The notes under the pieces are model-generated. The model made no database searches and was not told where the DNA came from. It was given only the letters and a program-made list of their open reading frames with translations. A DNA stretch of 64,000 bases from Bdellovibrionales bacterium (GTDB taxonomy: Bacteria > Bdellovibrionota > Bdellovibrionia > Bdellovibrionales > UBA1609). The stretch covers positions 96,001 through 160,000 of the forward strand of contig DAHVQG010000006.1 in NCBI GenBank assembly GCA_027317865.1. The letters are read 5' to 3'. Shown here in pieces: positions 9,679 through 21,652 of the stretch. Both the position numbers and the translations under genes were made by a program. Every line of letters starts with the position of its first letter. Position 1 is the first letter of the stretch.

Positions 9679-11651
9679 GCGAATTTGGAACCGAAGAAGA
9701 AGATGTTCGCGATCTTGTCCCACGCTTTCGCTATGTTTACATCCTTCTTGGCTTCGTGTTCGTCGTGATATTTTGCCGCCTTTGGTACTTGCAAATTATT
9801 GAAGGTCACGAGTTTCAAGAATATTCAGAAAAAAATCTTCTCAAAGAACGTCGAATTTTAGCGCCGCGCGGGCTTATACTCGACACGCAGGGGCGCATAC
9901 TTGTCGATAATATTATCGGATTTAAGGCGACCATCACCCCCCAATACGCATCGCATTTAACAGAAACAGCACAAGTTGTTGGGAATATTCTTCATATCCC
10001 GCCCGAAAAAATCATTGCGGAGGTTCATTCGAGTCGCTGGAAGAACGGACCCTCTACGCCGGTTTTGATTAAATCTAATTTGACTCATAACGAAGTTTTT
10101 CGACTGAAGCGAATACGTATTTTTCAGCCCGGACTTAACGTTAATGAAACCATCATGCGGTATTACCCCCTTGGCCCCGATGGCGCGCAATTGTTTGGCT
10201 ATGTCGGTTTAGCTTCGCAGCGAGAAATGGCCGATTATGATCGTAAATACAAAACGAACATCGCCATTCAGCAAGGCGATTGGGTCGGCCAAAGCGGGCT
10301 TGAAGAATCGTGGGATCCAATATTACGCGGGCGCGATGGCATGAAATATATCGAGGTCGACGCTCACGGACGCGAGTCGCCCATAAACAAATCGTTGTTA
10401 GATTTGAAACCTCGCCCGCCAGTTCCTGGTCACAATCTTGTACTGACTATAGACCGCGATCTGCAAAAGGACGCCATGTATGAGATGTTACACCAACATG
10501 ACCGAATCGGTCCACGTATTGGCGCGCTCGTGGCGATTAATACAAAAGGCGAAGTTTTAGCTTGGGTAAGTTTACCTTCGTATGACCCCAATGAATTCGC
10601 CCAGGGCACAATTTCGGACGATACGTGGGAGGCGCTCGAAAAAGATCCCTATAAACCTTTTATGGATAAAGTTATTCAAGCGCAATTTGCGCCGGGTTCG
10701 ACAATTAAACCTGTCGACTCAATGGCCGCGCTACAAGAAGGTGTCGTAACCCCCACCACTCTCATCAGTGCGCCTGGCAAAATGTGGTTCGGTGGTCGCT
10801 GGTACCACGATGCAGACCCCGCCGGCCATGGCAATGTTAATATTGAGCAAGCCATTGAAGTTTCGAGCAACGTATTTTTTTATAAAATGGGTATTGCGCT
10901 CGGCATAGACAATATTGCGAAGTACGCAAGAGCAGTCGGTCTCGGCCAACTGACGGGAATCAAATTGCCCGGCGAGGTGCCAGGTTTGTATCCGACAAAA
11001 GCTTGGAAGATGAAAACCTTCGACGAGCCTTGGCTGCCTGGAGAAAACTTATCCAACGCTATCGGTCAGGGATACGTCCTCACCACTCTTCTACAAATGG
11101 CCCTCGTTTACAATGTCGTGGCGACAGGCGGAAAGCTTTATAAACCTTTATTGGTTAAGGCCATCGAAGGCGACCACGGCAATATAATCAAAACATTTAA
11201 ACCTCAGATCGTACGCAACATCACCAAACCCAACGACTCAAATGTCATAGTCAGCAAAGCTAATCTCGACGTCATAAAACAAGGCATGAGTCTCGTGTGT
11301 AACGGGAACCGGGGCACCGCCCATTGGTGGAAAATCCCCGGTATTTTAATGGCGGGCAAGACCGGCACAAGCCAATTCGTTTCGTTTTCCGCGTCACAAA
11401 TCCACAAGAACTGTTTTGATCGCCCCTTTTGGCTTCGCGACGACGGCATCTATCTCGCGTTTGCGCCAGTTAAGCACCCGCAAATCGTAGTTGGCGTGTT
11501 GGCCCAACATTCGTGTTGGGGCAATTTGGGTGGAACGCCGATCGTTCGCGACGTGATCCGCGATTATTTCGAAAAATATCATCCCAACTGGCTTAAAAAA
11601 GGCACTGCCATCCCGATTGCTTCATTGAAAAAGATTGAGAATAACGAATGA
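9675..11651 (+). CDS. mrdA: Penicillin-binding protein 2
   Basis: STIK, SSN and KTG motifs; GTG 9675 overlaps mreD stop with GGAGG RBS. Confidence 0.95.
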   Translation: MSEFGTEEEDVRDLVPRFRYVYILLGFVFVVIFCRLWYLQIIEGHEFQEYSEKNLLKERRILAPRGLILDTQGRILVDNIIGFKATITPQYASHLTETAQVVGNILHIPPEKIIAEVHSSRWKNGPSTPVLIKSNLTHNEVFRLKRIRIFQPGLNVNETIMRYYPLGPDGAQLFGYVGLASQREMADYDRKYKTNIAIQQGDWVGQSGLEESWDPILRGRDGMKYIEVDAHGRESPINKSLLDLKPRPPVPGHNLVLTIDRDLQKDAMYEMLHQHDRIGPRIGALVAINTKGEVLAWVSLPSYDPNEFAQGTISDDTWEALEKDPYKPFMDKVIQAQFAPGSTIKPVDSMAALQEGVVTPTTLISAPGKMWFGGRWYHDADPAGHGNVNIEQAIEVSSNVFFYKMGIALGIDNIAKYARAVGLGQLTGIKLPGEVPGLYPTKAWKMKTFDEPWLPGENLSNAIGQGYVLTTLLQMALVYNVVATGGKLYKPLLVKAIEGDHGNIIKTFKPQIVRNITKPNDSNVIVSKANLDVIKQGMSLVCNGNRGTAHWWKIPGILMAGKTGTSQFVSFSASQIHKNCFDRPFWLRDDGIYLAFAPVKHPQIVVGVLAQHSCWGNLGGTPIVRDVIRDYFEKYHPNWLKKGTAIPIASLKKIENNE

Positions 11652-11699
11652 AATTAAATTATCACGAGGTTGTGGTATACGATCCGTCCGGGGCTGCCA

Positions 11700-12824
11700 A
11701 TGGCAACTGATTTACAAGTTGAAGAGCGTACGTTTTTTCGCAGACTTGACTGGAATTTATTGGCCGTTATTTTTTGTATAAATGTAATCGGTTTAATTAC
11801 CCTTTACAGCGCCACTCACGGAGCATCGGCGGCATTTTCGCAAACGCGCCTTTTTTGGCTTCAAACGGTCTATCTTGTGATGGGTTGGATCGTTTTTTTC
11901 GGCGTCACCTTAGTCGATTATCAATTCTTTAACCGCGCCGCTTACATTCTGTACGCCATTAACTTAATCGCTTTAGCTTTGGTTTTAGTAATCGGACGCA
12001 GCGAGCTCGGCGCGCGCCGCTGGCTGGAGCTTGGGCTATTTCGGTATCAGCCCTCCGAGACTATGAAACTGGTTTTGGTTTTTATTCTCGCTAAAATTTT
12101 GAGCAAACAAAATAAACCCGAGGGAATGGGATTCTTAGACCTGATCATACCAACACTGATCACCATTGTGCCTACCGCTCTAACCGTTAAACAACCCGAT
12201 CTCGGCACCGGTCTGATGCTGTTTGCGGTATTTGTATCTATGGTCCTTTTTGTCCGGGTAAGGACTTCGGTTTTAATTTCTGTTCTTATAGTCGGGATGG
12301 TCGCAGTTCCGCTCGTTTGGACATTTGGCCTTAAACCCTATCAAAAGGCCCGCATCGCAACGTTTATATCGCCGGACAAGCACCCGCATGGTGCAGGGTA
12401 CAACAGTCTGCAATCGCTCATCGCCGTTGGCAGTGGCGAAATTATTGGCAAAGGGTTTCGTAAGGGTACGCAATCCCAACTTGATTTTTTACCTGAGCGC
12501 CACACGGATTTTATATTTTCAGTATTGAGCGAAGAACACGGATTTATCGGCGGCATGACGACGGTTGGACTGTTCATCTTTCTTTTATTCATGTGCGCTA
12601 AAATTGCAGCTCAAGCTCATGATCGATTTGGCGTTTTGGTGGGGGTTGGCGCGGTTTCAATTTTATTTTGGCACGTCATCGTTAATATCTGCATGGTAAT
12701 AGGTCTTTTACCGGTGGTCGGAGTGCCTTTGCCGCTTATCTCATATGGCGGGTCTATGATGATCACCGCCATGGCCAGTCTTGGAATTATCTCTTCACTC
12801 GCCTATCGTAAATTTTTGTTTTAG
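11700..12824 (+). CDS. rodA: SEDS glycosyltransferase RodA
   Basis: QPSE, KQPDLGT, PERHTDFIF, LPLISYGGS. Confidence 0.95.
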   Translation: MATDLQVEERTFFRRLDWNLLAVIFCINVIGLITLYSATHGASAAFSQTRLFWLQTVYLVMGWIVFFGVTLVDYQFFNRAAYILYAINLIALALVLVIGRSELGARRWLELGLFRYQPSETMKLVLVFILAKILSKQNKPEGMGFLDLIIPTLITIVPTALTVKQPDLGTGLMLFAVFVSMVLFVRVRTSVLISVLIVGMVAVPLVWTFGLKPYQKARIATFISPDKHPHGAGYNSLQSLIAVGSGEIIGKGFRKGTQSQLDFLPERHTDFIFSVLSEEHGFIGGMTTVGLFIFLLFMCAKIAAQAHDRFGVLVGVGAVSILFWHVIVNICMVIGLLPVVGVPLPLISYGGSMMITAMASLGIISSLAYRKFLF

Positions 12825-12832
12825 CCCGACGG

Positions 12833-13150
12833 CTAAATGTGCCGCCGGATCATTTCAACAATATGCTCCTTCGGCATATTGCCCATGAGTTGATCAACGG
12901 GTTTGCCGCCTTTGAACAAAATCATAGTCGGAATACTGCGTATCCCAAACTTAGTCGGCGTAGTGGGGTTTTCATCGATATTGAGTTTTAAGATTCGCAG
13001 TTTCTCGCCTAATTCTTGCCCGATTTCTTCAAGTTTTGGACCTAGTGCGCGGCACGGACCGCACCACTCTGCCCAAAAGTCCAGCAAAACAGGCGTGGAT
13101 GATTTCAAGACGTCGGTTTCAAAACTTTGATCGGTAACAGCTTGAGACAT
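12833..13150 (-). CDS. trxA: Thioredoxin
   Basis: DFWAEWCGPC; AAGGAG RBS before ATG 13150. Confidence 0.96.
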   Translation of the reverse strand: MSQAVTDQSFETDVLKSSTPVLLDFWAEWCGPCRALGPKLEEIGQELGEKLRILKLNIDENPTTPTKFGIRSIPTMILFKGGKPVDQLMGNMPKEHIVEMIRRHI

Positions 13151-13211
13151 TTTAGCTCCTTTCAATTACAGTAGCGTTTGAATTTTAGCATAAAAAACCG
13201 ATAAGTCAGGA

Positions 13212-15143
13212 GTGAAAAAGTCTGATATTCGGATCTTGATTGTAGAGGATGATGAGTCACTGGGACGAGCGCTTGAACAGGGCCTGCGTCGATCCGGATA
13301 TAATCCAAAGCTCGTGGCCTCTCCAGCCGCCGCGCAGCGTGCACTTGCAATTGAGGAGATCCACGGAATGCTCGTCGATTGCATGCTTCCGCGCCAAAGC
13401 GGTGTCGAATTTGCAGGTGAAATTCGCAAAACAAATGAAAAAATGGAAATTATTTTAACTAGCGGCATTTACCGAGATAAGGCGTTCTCCCATGACGCCA
13501 TGATAAAAACCAAGGCTCGCGCTTTTTTCAATAAACCCTTTAATCTCGAAGAAGTTGTTCAAACCTTTGATGACGCCTTTCGTTCGCTCATCGAAGTCGA
13601 ACAACAGCCGCTTTTTGAACTATTGTCTCTCGACCAATATTCGCTGAGCGATAAGCTTCAGGCATTAGCAAAAACCCCGTCTGTACACGGTTTCGATTTG
13701 CCGTGGATCTACTGTTTACTTATGGATAAAAACATATCGGGAGGTCTTCAAATCACCTATTCGGATGGAAGAACAGCTACAGTCCAGTTCAACAAGGGCC
13801 GAATTGTGGACGTTCTCTACGCCGATTCTGAATCTTATTTTGGTACTTTGCTTGTAGAAAAAGGATTTGCGACGTCCGAGCAAGTGCAGAGAATGCTCGA
13901 CGAGCAAAAAACTAAAAAAATCGGCGAACGGCTTGTGGATGAATCCCTCGTATCGCCACACGCGATTGATGTTGTCCGTTATGAGCAAATGGTCATCCGG
14001 ATTTCAAAAACAATCCAAGATTTAGACGTTGAGATTAGATTTGAATCAAGCCCCGTGAACGAACCGATTGTTTACATAGACGGCTTTAAATTTACTCAAC
14101 TGTTGAGCGATTGGATTTGTTCAAAAATGAACGCGCCATGGTTTAAAATATTCTATCTCCCTTGGCTCAATCATCCGCTCGTCTTGAGCGCGAATCAGAA
14201 TCAAATAAATATAGTTCAACATTTGCCGGCCGGCCGCGTAATTTCAGATCTCGGGCTGACCTTCGACTGGCCGCGAACGATTGACGAAATCACAATCGAG
14301 CACCCCCAACGTTCCAGTGACATTTATCGCGCCATTCATTTTTTATTGGTGCAACGAATTCTTCGGTTTGGTTCAAAAACGGTTGATGCCGAAACAACCG
14401 AGAACAAAAGAATTCGCCTCAACCGGATCTGGCACGACATGCAAAAACAAAATCTATTTGAAATACTCGGGGTCACACGGTTGGCTAAATATTCAGATAT
14501 AAACCGCAACTACCGGGAACTCGCAAAGGTTCTTCACCCCGATCGCATCCCAGAGAGCGCGCCTGACGATTTAAGAGAACTCAATAAAAAGGTTTTTGAA
14601 AAAATCACGGCAGCCCATGAAACACTCAGCGATGAGACTCGCCGACAAATTTATTTGAAAACTCTCGAACATGGTCTGGCCGATGAAATTTTGCAGGCTG
14701 AAAGCATGTTTGAACAGGCAACTCACCTTTTAAAAGCACAACACTTTCGCGAAGCGCGAAAGATTTTCGAAAAAGTTCTAAAAATGACCGGTAAGCGATC
14801 AGACACAGTCGTGTATTATTTGTGGGCTCTAATAAAAGAAAAGCGTCATCGCTCGAACCGTGAAGATTTGATTTCGCGCGTGCAAGATCTTTTGCAAACG
14901 ATCGCACACGAAGACCGCCATAGCCCGCAATATTTTTTCGTCAAAGGTATGAGCTACGAGCTTACCGGGCAAATCCAGCATGCATATCAAACGTTTAAGC
15001 GCGTTTTAAGTATGGATCCTGAATTTTTCGACGCGAAAAAAGAACTCAGCTATATCAAACAACAATATGCACAAAAAAAGACATCGTTTACCGACGAGCT
15101 TTCTGTCGTCGTGACAAAAATTCTTGGCCGCAAAACAGGTTAG
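13212..15143 (+). CDS. Receiver + DUF4388-like + J-domain + TPR protein
   Basis: LIVEDD/LVDCMLP/KPF receiver; NLFEILGV...LHPDR J-domain; C-terminal TPR helices. Confidence 0.8.
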   Translation: MKKSDIRILIVEDDESLGRALEQGLRRSGYNPKLVASPAAAQRALAIEEIHGMLVDCMLPRQSGVEFAGEIRKTNEKMEIILTSGIYRDKAFSHDAMIKTKARAFFNKPFNLEEVVQTFDDAFRSLIEVEQQPLFELLSLDQYSLSDKLQALAKTPSVHGFDLPWIYCLLMDKNISGGLQITYSDGRTATVQFNKGRIVDVLYADSESYFGTLLVEKGFATSEQVQRMLDEQKTKKIGERLVDESLVSPHAIDVVRYEQMVIRISKTIQDLDVEIRFESSPVNEPIVYIDGFKFTQLLSDWICSKMNAPWFKIFYLPWLNHPLVLSANQNQINIVQHLPAGRVISDLGLTFDWPRTIDEITIEHPQRSSDIYRAIHFLLVQRILRFGSKTVDAETTENKRIRLNRIWHDMQKQNLFEILGVTRLAKYSDINRNYRELAKVLHPDRIPESAPDDLRELNKKVFEKITAAHETLSDETRRQIYLKTLEHGLADEILQAESMFEQATHLLKAQHFREARKIFEKVLKMTGKRSDTVVYYLWALIKEKRHRSNREDLISRVQDLLQTIAHEDRHSPQYFFVKGMSYELTGQIQHAYQTFKRVLSMDPEFFDAKKELSYIKQQYAQKKTSFTDELSVVVTKILGRKTG

Positions 15144-15147
15144 AGCC

Positions 15148-16014
15148 TTAGCCTTTCTTCTTCGGTCGAAACAACGCTTTCACGAAAGTTTTGCGTTCGT
15201 CTTCTATTTCTTCAAAATCTTCTACGGGATTATCCGCTCGAATCTTCTTATTGAAATCGAGAACTCGGTCGCGAACAAAGTGCTTTGGCGGCAGTGGCCC
15301 TAATTTTGCCGCCCATTTTTCATACTTTTCTTCACGTTCGGTCTTTTCTGGAGCCGGCTTCGTTTGATTTGGTTCAAGGGTCGTTTCCGAACTTTGCTGT
15401 AACGGAAACTGTGGTTGCATTCCGGCCGCTTCTGCCTGCTCAAAAATTTTCGACGTTTCTCGAAACGGATCATCGTTCTTATCGAGCGAAAAAACCGGGT
15501 CATCTTTCGCCATTGTTTCAATGTTCTGACGAACTTTTTCTAGAGTTTCTACAGGCTGACCATTTTCGTCGTATGAAGCCACGTAGGCCTGGGCCTCGTC
15601 ACTGTTATGAAACTGCCCTTTAATTTTTGCGTATTTTTCTAGGAGTGGAGCCTCGTCAATTCCACCAAGATTGGCAATCGTAAGAATCAGTTTGCGGGGG
15701 TTGACCGGGCTATCTAAAATTTCATCAACGCCTGAATCGCGAAAATCGTCCGTGTTAATCGCATATTCGCTAGACTTAAGAGCGATGACTTTTGGCAATC
15801 CTCGCTTGCGGTAAAGGCTCTGCGTCAACTGTAAACCGTCTACTTTTTTACCACGCGCGGATGTAATAAGAATGTGCGGGTTGAACCCCAAACTCATATC
15901 CGCATATTTTTTTTGATTTTGGACTCCCTCTACGTCGAGCCCCAATTTTTTTAAAAGTGCTTCAAGGTAGATGAGTTCGTTATAATCGTCTATGACTAGA
16001 AATACTCTTAGCAT
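15148..16014 (-). CDS. Atypical receiver-domain protein
   Basis: LVIDD and DGLQL receiver fold, phospho-acceptor Asp apparently missing (LITSA). Confidence 0.6.
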   Translation of the reverse strand: MLRVFLVIDDYNELIYLEALLKKLGLDVEGVQNQKKYADMSLGFNPHILITSARGKKVDGLQLTQSLYRKRGLPKVIALKSSEYAINTDDFRDSGVDEILDSPVNPRKLILTIANLGGIDEAPLLEKYAKIKGQFHNSDEAQAYVASYDENGQPVETLEKVRQNIETMAKDDPVFSLDKNDDPFRETSKIFEQAEAAGMQPQFPLQQSSETTLEPNQTKPAPEKTEREEKYEKWAAKLGPLPPKHFVRDRVLDFNKKIRADNPVEDFEEIEDERKTFVKALFRPKKKG

Positions 16015-16085
16015 TCTCTATTTTGTGAATTTATTTTTTAAACCGTCAACCCGGCAAAACGTCGGGGTATAAAAACGGAGTTCAA

Positions 16086-17198
16086 TTGCAGGAGTTAAAG
16101 CGCGGTCTATTGGCGATAAAGTACATCGCGTTTGAATTATTACCGGTATTTCTGATCGGGTTGACGATTTTTGTTTTAGTGCTGGTCATGTTCCAGTCAT
16201 TTCAATTGAGCGAATACGTGATCATTCACGGCGCACGGCTCACGGATGTTTTAAAAATGGTGGCGTACGTCACGTTGGGTTTTTTGCCGATTCTTTTGCC
16301 GATTGCACTATTATTTGCGGTTCTGCTCACCTACGGAAGAATGAGCGGCGATTCCGAAATCGTCGCAATGAAAGCGCTGGGGTTACGGCCCATCCACATG
16401 CTGCTCCCGGCGTTAATCGTCGGGCTTTGCGTTTCTGTATTGTCTCTGCAATTGTCGTTTCGCCTCGCGCCGTGGGGCAATCGCGAACTCAACATTCTGC
16501 TCACGCGAATTGAAGAAACGCGCCCGACGATTACGATTCGCAACGGAGTTTTTGCACAAGGCGCATTTGATATGGTGATTTACGCGAACAAAGTCGATGC
16601 CGCCAACAATCTCCTCCATAATGTTTTTATTTATGATGAGCAAAACCCAAAAGCGCCACTTACCATTATCGCAAAAGAGGGGCGGCTCATTACTCACGAA
16701 ACGAAATTGGGTCAGGCGGCGTATTTGCAATTGTCAAATGGCAGCGTTCACAAATCGTCAGCGGCATCGTATACAAAAATCGACTTTTCAACCTACGACA
16801 TTAAATTATTCGACCCCAACACAGTTAAAAAAACAAAAATCGGCCCCCAGCAAATGAATATGGGTCAACTTTATGCTGCCATACACAAAATGCCGAAAAA
16901 CGATTCGCATCGAGTCGATTATCTTTTGGAGTGGAATACGCGCTGGGCTCTATCTGCCACCTGTCTAATTCTAGCGCTCGTCGGGATGGGGCTTGGCACA
17001 ACAACCAACCGTCGCACTGCTCGTAGCGGAAGTATGGTCATTTGCATCAGTGCCGTCGTCGTTTATTGGACACTCTACGTCGCATTCGAAAGCCTCGCTC
17101 ACAGTGGTAAGCTCCCCGTCCCGGTCGCCGCTTGGATGACCAATCTCATCTTTTTGATCTTTGGGCTCTACCAGTTCCAGAAAGTTCGTGATCGCTAA
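16086..17198 (+). CDS. lptF: LPS export permease, LptF/LptG family
   Basis: LPIALLFAVLLTYGRMSGDSEIVAMKALG; PVAAWMTN. Confidence 0.85.
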   Translation: MQELKRGLLAIKYIAFELLPVFLIGLTIFVLVLVMFQSFQLSEYVIIHGARLTDVLKMVAYVTLGFLPILLPIALLFAVLLTYGRMSGDSEIVAMKALGLRPIHMLLPALIVGLCVSVLSLQLSFRLAPWGNRELNILLTRIEETRPTITIRNGVFAQGAFDMVIYANKVDAANNLLHNVFIYDEQNPKAPLTIIAKEGRLITHETKLGQAAYLQLSNGSVHKSSAASYTKIDFSTYDIKLFDPNTVKKTKIGPQQMNMGQLYAAIHKMPKNDSHRVDYLLEWNTRWALSATCLILALVGMGLGTTTNRRTARSGSMVICISAVVVYWTLYVAFESLAHSGKLPVPVAAWMTNLIFLIFGLYQFQKVRDR

Positions 17199-17876
17199 AA
17201 TATCATTGGCGTCACGTATCGGGAACGCTCCTCCGTCGCAAATTAAATCAAGACCGCCAAGCCCTGGATCTAACGGGAACGTCGGAACTGCAGCCAGAGT
17301 TTTGTTGAATTCGCGGACAAATCGCGCCGTCATAAGCGTGCCACTACGTCGCTTTGCCTCTACGACAATCGTCAGAGGAGAAATCGCGGCAATTAAACGA
17401 TTGCGCGCCCAAAAAAATTCGCGTCGCATTTGGCTGCTCGGACTAAACTGGCTGACCACTGCGCCGCCGGCTTCGACTACAGGCTCAATCCAATCGACGA
17501 GCGCAGGAGGGTAAATTTGCATAAGCCCCGCCGGAACAAAAATTACCGTCGGCATCCGGCACCGAAGCGCCATTTGGTGCGTTTTCATATCGATGCCGCG
17601 TGCACCGCCACTAACCAAAACAAAAGACCGCTTTTGTAATAAAAGCGGTAATTCTTGTTCCATCCATCTCAGAGACGCGCTCGAGGGATTACGGCTGCCA
17701 ACAATTGAAATGCAAAAGTGTTGATTCCATACGGGTTGCCCCCAGTACGTCAACATATGCGCGCGGATGGGCATATCACGAAAAGCTCGCGGGTAATCGA
17801 CCGCTCCCGGGTATGTGATTTTCACATTTGTTTGTTCGCACCATTTTTTTTCGTGATCGGAAAATAAATCGAACAT
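16971..17876 (-). CDS. dprA: DNA-processing protein DprA
   Basis: SIVGSR, VSGGARGID, FFWARNRLIAA, VVEAKRRSGTLMTA. Confidence 0.92.
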   Translation of the reverse strand: MFDLFSDHEKKWCEQTNVKITYPGAVDYPRAFRDMPIRAHMLTYWGQPVWNQHFCISIVGSRNPSSASLRWMEQELPLLLQKRSFVLVSGGARGIDMKTHQMALRCRMPTVIFVPAGLMQIYPPALVDWIEPVVEAGGAVVSQFSPSSQMRREFFWARNRLIAAISPLTIVVEAKRRSGTLMTARFVREFNKTLAAVPTFPLDPGLGGLDLICDGGAFPIRDANDILAITNFLELVEPKDQKDEIGHPSGDRDGELTTVSEAFECDVECPINDDGTDANDHTSATSSATVGCCAKPHPDER

Positions 17877-17973
17877 GCTAGAGTCCTCTTGCGAGCACTA
17901 ATGCAACTCTCAAGCCATGCCGAGCATAGTCACTTCTTTAATTTCGCCGTAATCAACTTCCGGATTTGTCCGG

Positions 17974-19776
<1,803 letters not shown>

Positions 19777-19809
19777 ATGAACATCCTTGTTCGATTTCGC
19801 TAATTATTA

Positions 19810-20427
19810 TTATTCGACCTGTCTGCCGGTACTACGCTCCGCTTGCAGTACTTTTTCTTCCATCCCCGCTTTTAACACTTCAGGACTACCTGGGAATTCA
19901 TGACGTATCTGCTGCAAAACTTCTTCCGAAAACTTATACAATCCCAACTGCTGATAACACACAGCTTTGCCGTATAAAGCCGCCACGTACTTTTTGCCTT
20001 CGGGATAATCCGTTAAAATACGCTGAAAATCGCGCAACGCCTCAGGCGTCATTCCTAAAATTAAATATGTTTCACCCCGCAAATACAGCGCGCTGTCGGC
20101 AAAAACGCTTTGCGGAAAGCGATAAACAAATTGCGAGACGTAATAATCGAGCGCGCCAAGCTGGCGCGCTTGGTAGGCGCGAACAACAGCCGAGTAAAGC
20201 GACTGCTCGTTTAGCGGACTCGGGAGCGGATATTTCTTGTCTATTTGAGCTTGTTCACGGTGGCGGGCATTTTCTAAAACTCTTGAAAAATTAAATCGCT
20301 CTTGTCGTTTTTCAAGACGCAAATGACGATAAAATAGTTGAGTCAAATTTACCGATGGTTGAACAGGCTTTTGAGCGCAACCAACGCTAAACGCAAGTCC
20401 GAGTAAGCCCAATAATGCAGCCTTCAT
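19810..20427 (-). CDS. TPR lipoprotein, CpoB/YbgF-like
   Basis: Lipobox SVGC; FPQSVFADSALYLRGE and YPEGKKYVAALY TPRs. Confidence 0.75.
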   Translation of the reverse strand: MKAALLGLLGLAFSVGCAQKPVQPSVNLTQLFYRHLRLEKRQERFNFSRVLENARHREQAQIDKKYPLPSPLNEQSLYSAVVRAYQARQLGALDYYVSQFVYRFPQSVFADSALYLRGETYLILGMTPEALRDFQRILTDYPEGKKYVAALYGKAVCYQQLGLYKFSEEVLQQIRHEFPGSPEVLKAGMEEKVLQAERSTGRQVE

Positions 20428-20466
20428 AAATATCAGGTTAACCAAAGAACTCGCTTCTCGCAAAAG

Positions 20467-20475
20467 TTATCCACA
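20467..20475 (+). promoter_or_regulatory. Perfect DnaA box
   Basis: TTATCCACA with an inverted degenerate partner TGTGGAATG at 20481-20489. Confidence 0.45.
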
Positions 20476-20704
20476 GGTTTTGTGGAATGGTTGCGCCACT
20501 CGACCATGGACCTATTGTCAGACAACGGTTAGAGCGAATTGCATAAATTCTGCGCACAGGTAAGTGCATGAAACTAATTGATTTTTTTAGATCTTGCTGA
20601 CCCCCTTAGTTTTTAGAAATTCACATTCTTAAACTGCTAGTTTCGGTTTCCGGACCGTTTCGGAAAAAATGAAATTTCCTGTCAGATTTTATTGTAGCTA
20701 ACCG

Positions 20705-21652
20705 TTGGCAAGAAAAATGCTTCTGGGGCAAAACATGTGGAAAACGGTTTTAGCTGTAACCCTCGTACTTTTCTTTTCAAACACTTATTTGCACAATTTT
20801 TTAGCAGATACGGTTTGGCTTAGCCATCGCGTCTGCCTTGATCGATTTCAAACAACCGGCATAACTGCTCATTTTTATCGCACTGTTGTGTGCGCCGAAC
20901 GAAGTGAAAATGGGTTCGGCAAAAATAGGACTGCTAATGCCGTCGTATTACTCATGGTCTCGTCATTACAAATTGTTTGGCTTGAAATTTTGCTATCGCT
21001 TTACATTCGCCGCCAATCGCTTGCGGGTTCCATTGTTATTCCTCTCGTGATCGTCTTGTATGCATTTGCCACAGGGTTGCGCCCGGTTGTCGTGCGTGCA
21101 GTTGCGCAATTATTAGTTGAGCGAACATCTCGCCGTGAAAAATGGGGATGGCCGCCCCTTTACTGTACAACCGTTGCGAGTCTTCTAACGCTCATGATGT
21201 TTCCTAACTTTGTATTAGCCGCCGGATTTCTAATCAGTTGGATTGCGGCGACTTGGGCAAGAATTGTTGCCAAATGGCCCCATCGCTATTGGTTTTTACT
21301 TCTTTTTATATATCCGGTCTTTTTCGGTTTTCCGTTCAGCCACTCGATTTCGCTTGGAGCACTTATTGGATGGCTCATTCGTCCGTTGCTGCTCGGAATT
21401 CTTATCCCGCCAAGTTTTCTTGTTTTTGTTTTTCCGATTCTTCATCGCGTCGTTGACCCGATTTGGCAGATTTATAACTGGACGATTTCAGCCCTGGCAC
21501 GAAATTTCGGTCCCGTTGCACTTTCGCTTCACTCTTCATTGTTGTTTCTTTGGAGTTATCTCCTCATCAGCCTCGCATTTGGCCTCTGGATAACCCATTA
21601 TCAGCGGCGCAGTGAAATCTGGAGTGACATCGTCCCATGCGAATTTTTTTGA
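20705..21652 (+). CDS. ComEC/Rec2 membrane (Competence) domain, divergent
   Basis: Multi-TM; PVVVRA and GFLISW resemble ComEC motifs; next to MBL ORF. Confidence 0.65.
   Translation: MARKMLLGQNMWKTVLAVTLVLFFSNTYLHNFLADTVWLSHRVCLDRFQTTGITAHFYRTVVCAERSENGFGKNRTANAVVLLMVSSLQIVWLEILLSLYIRRQSLAGSIVIPLVIVLYAFATGLRPVVVRAVAQLLVERTSRREKWGWPPLYCTTVASLLTLMMFPNFVLAAGFLISWIAATWARIVAKWPHRYWFLLLFIYPVFFGFPFSHSISLGALIGWLIRPLLLGILIPPSFLVFVFPILHRVVDPIWQIYNWTISALARNFGPVALSLHSSLLFLWSYLLISLAFGLWITHYQRRSEIWSDIVPCEFF

Noticed and set aside
8297-12824. mreB missing from the mreC-mreD-mrdA-rodA cluster
   Set aside because: Unlinked mreB is common; cannot be judged from one window
20461-20704. Replication origin
   Set aside because: Only one perfect DnaA box and no dnaA/dnaN/gidA context
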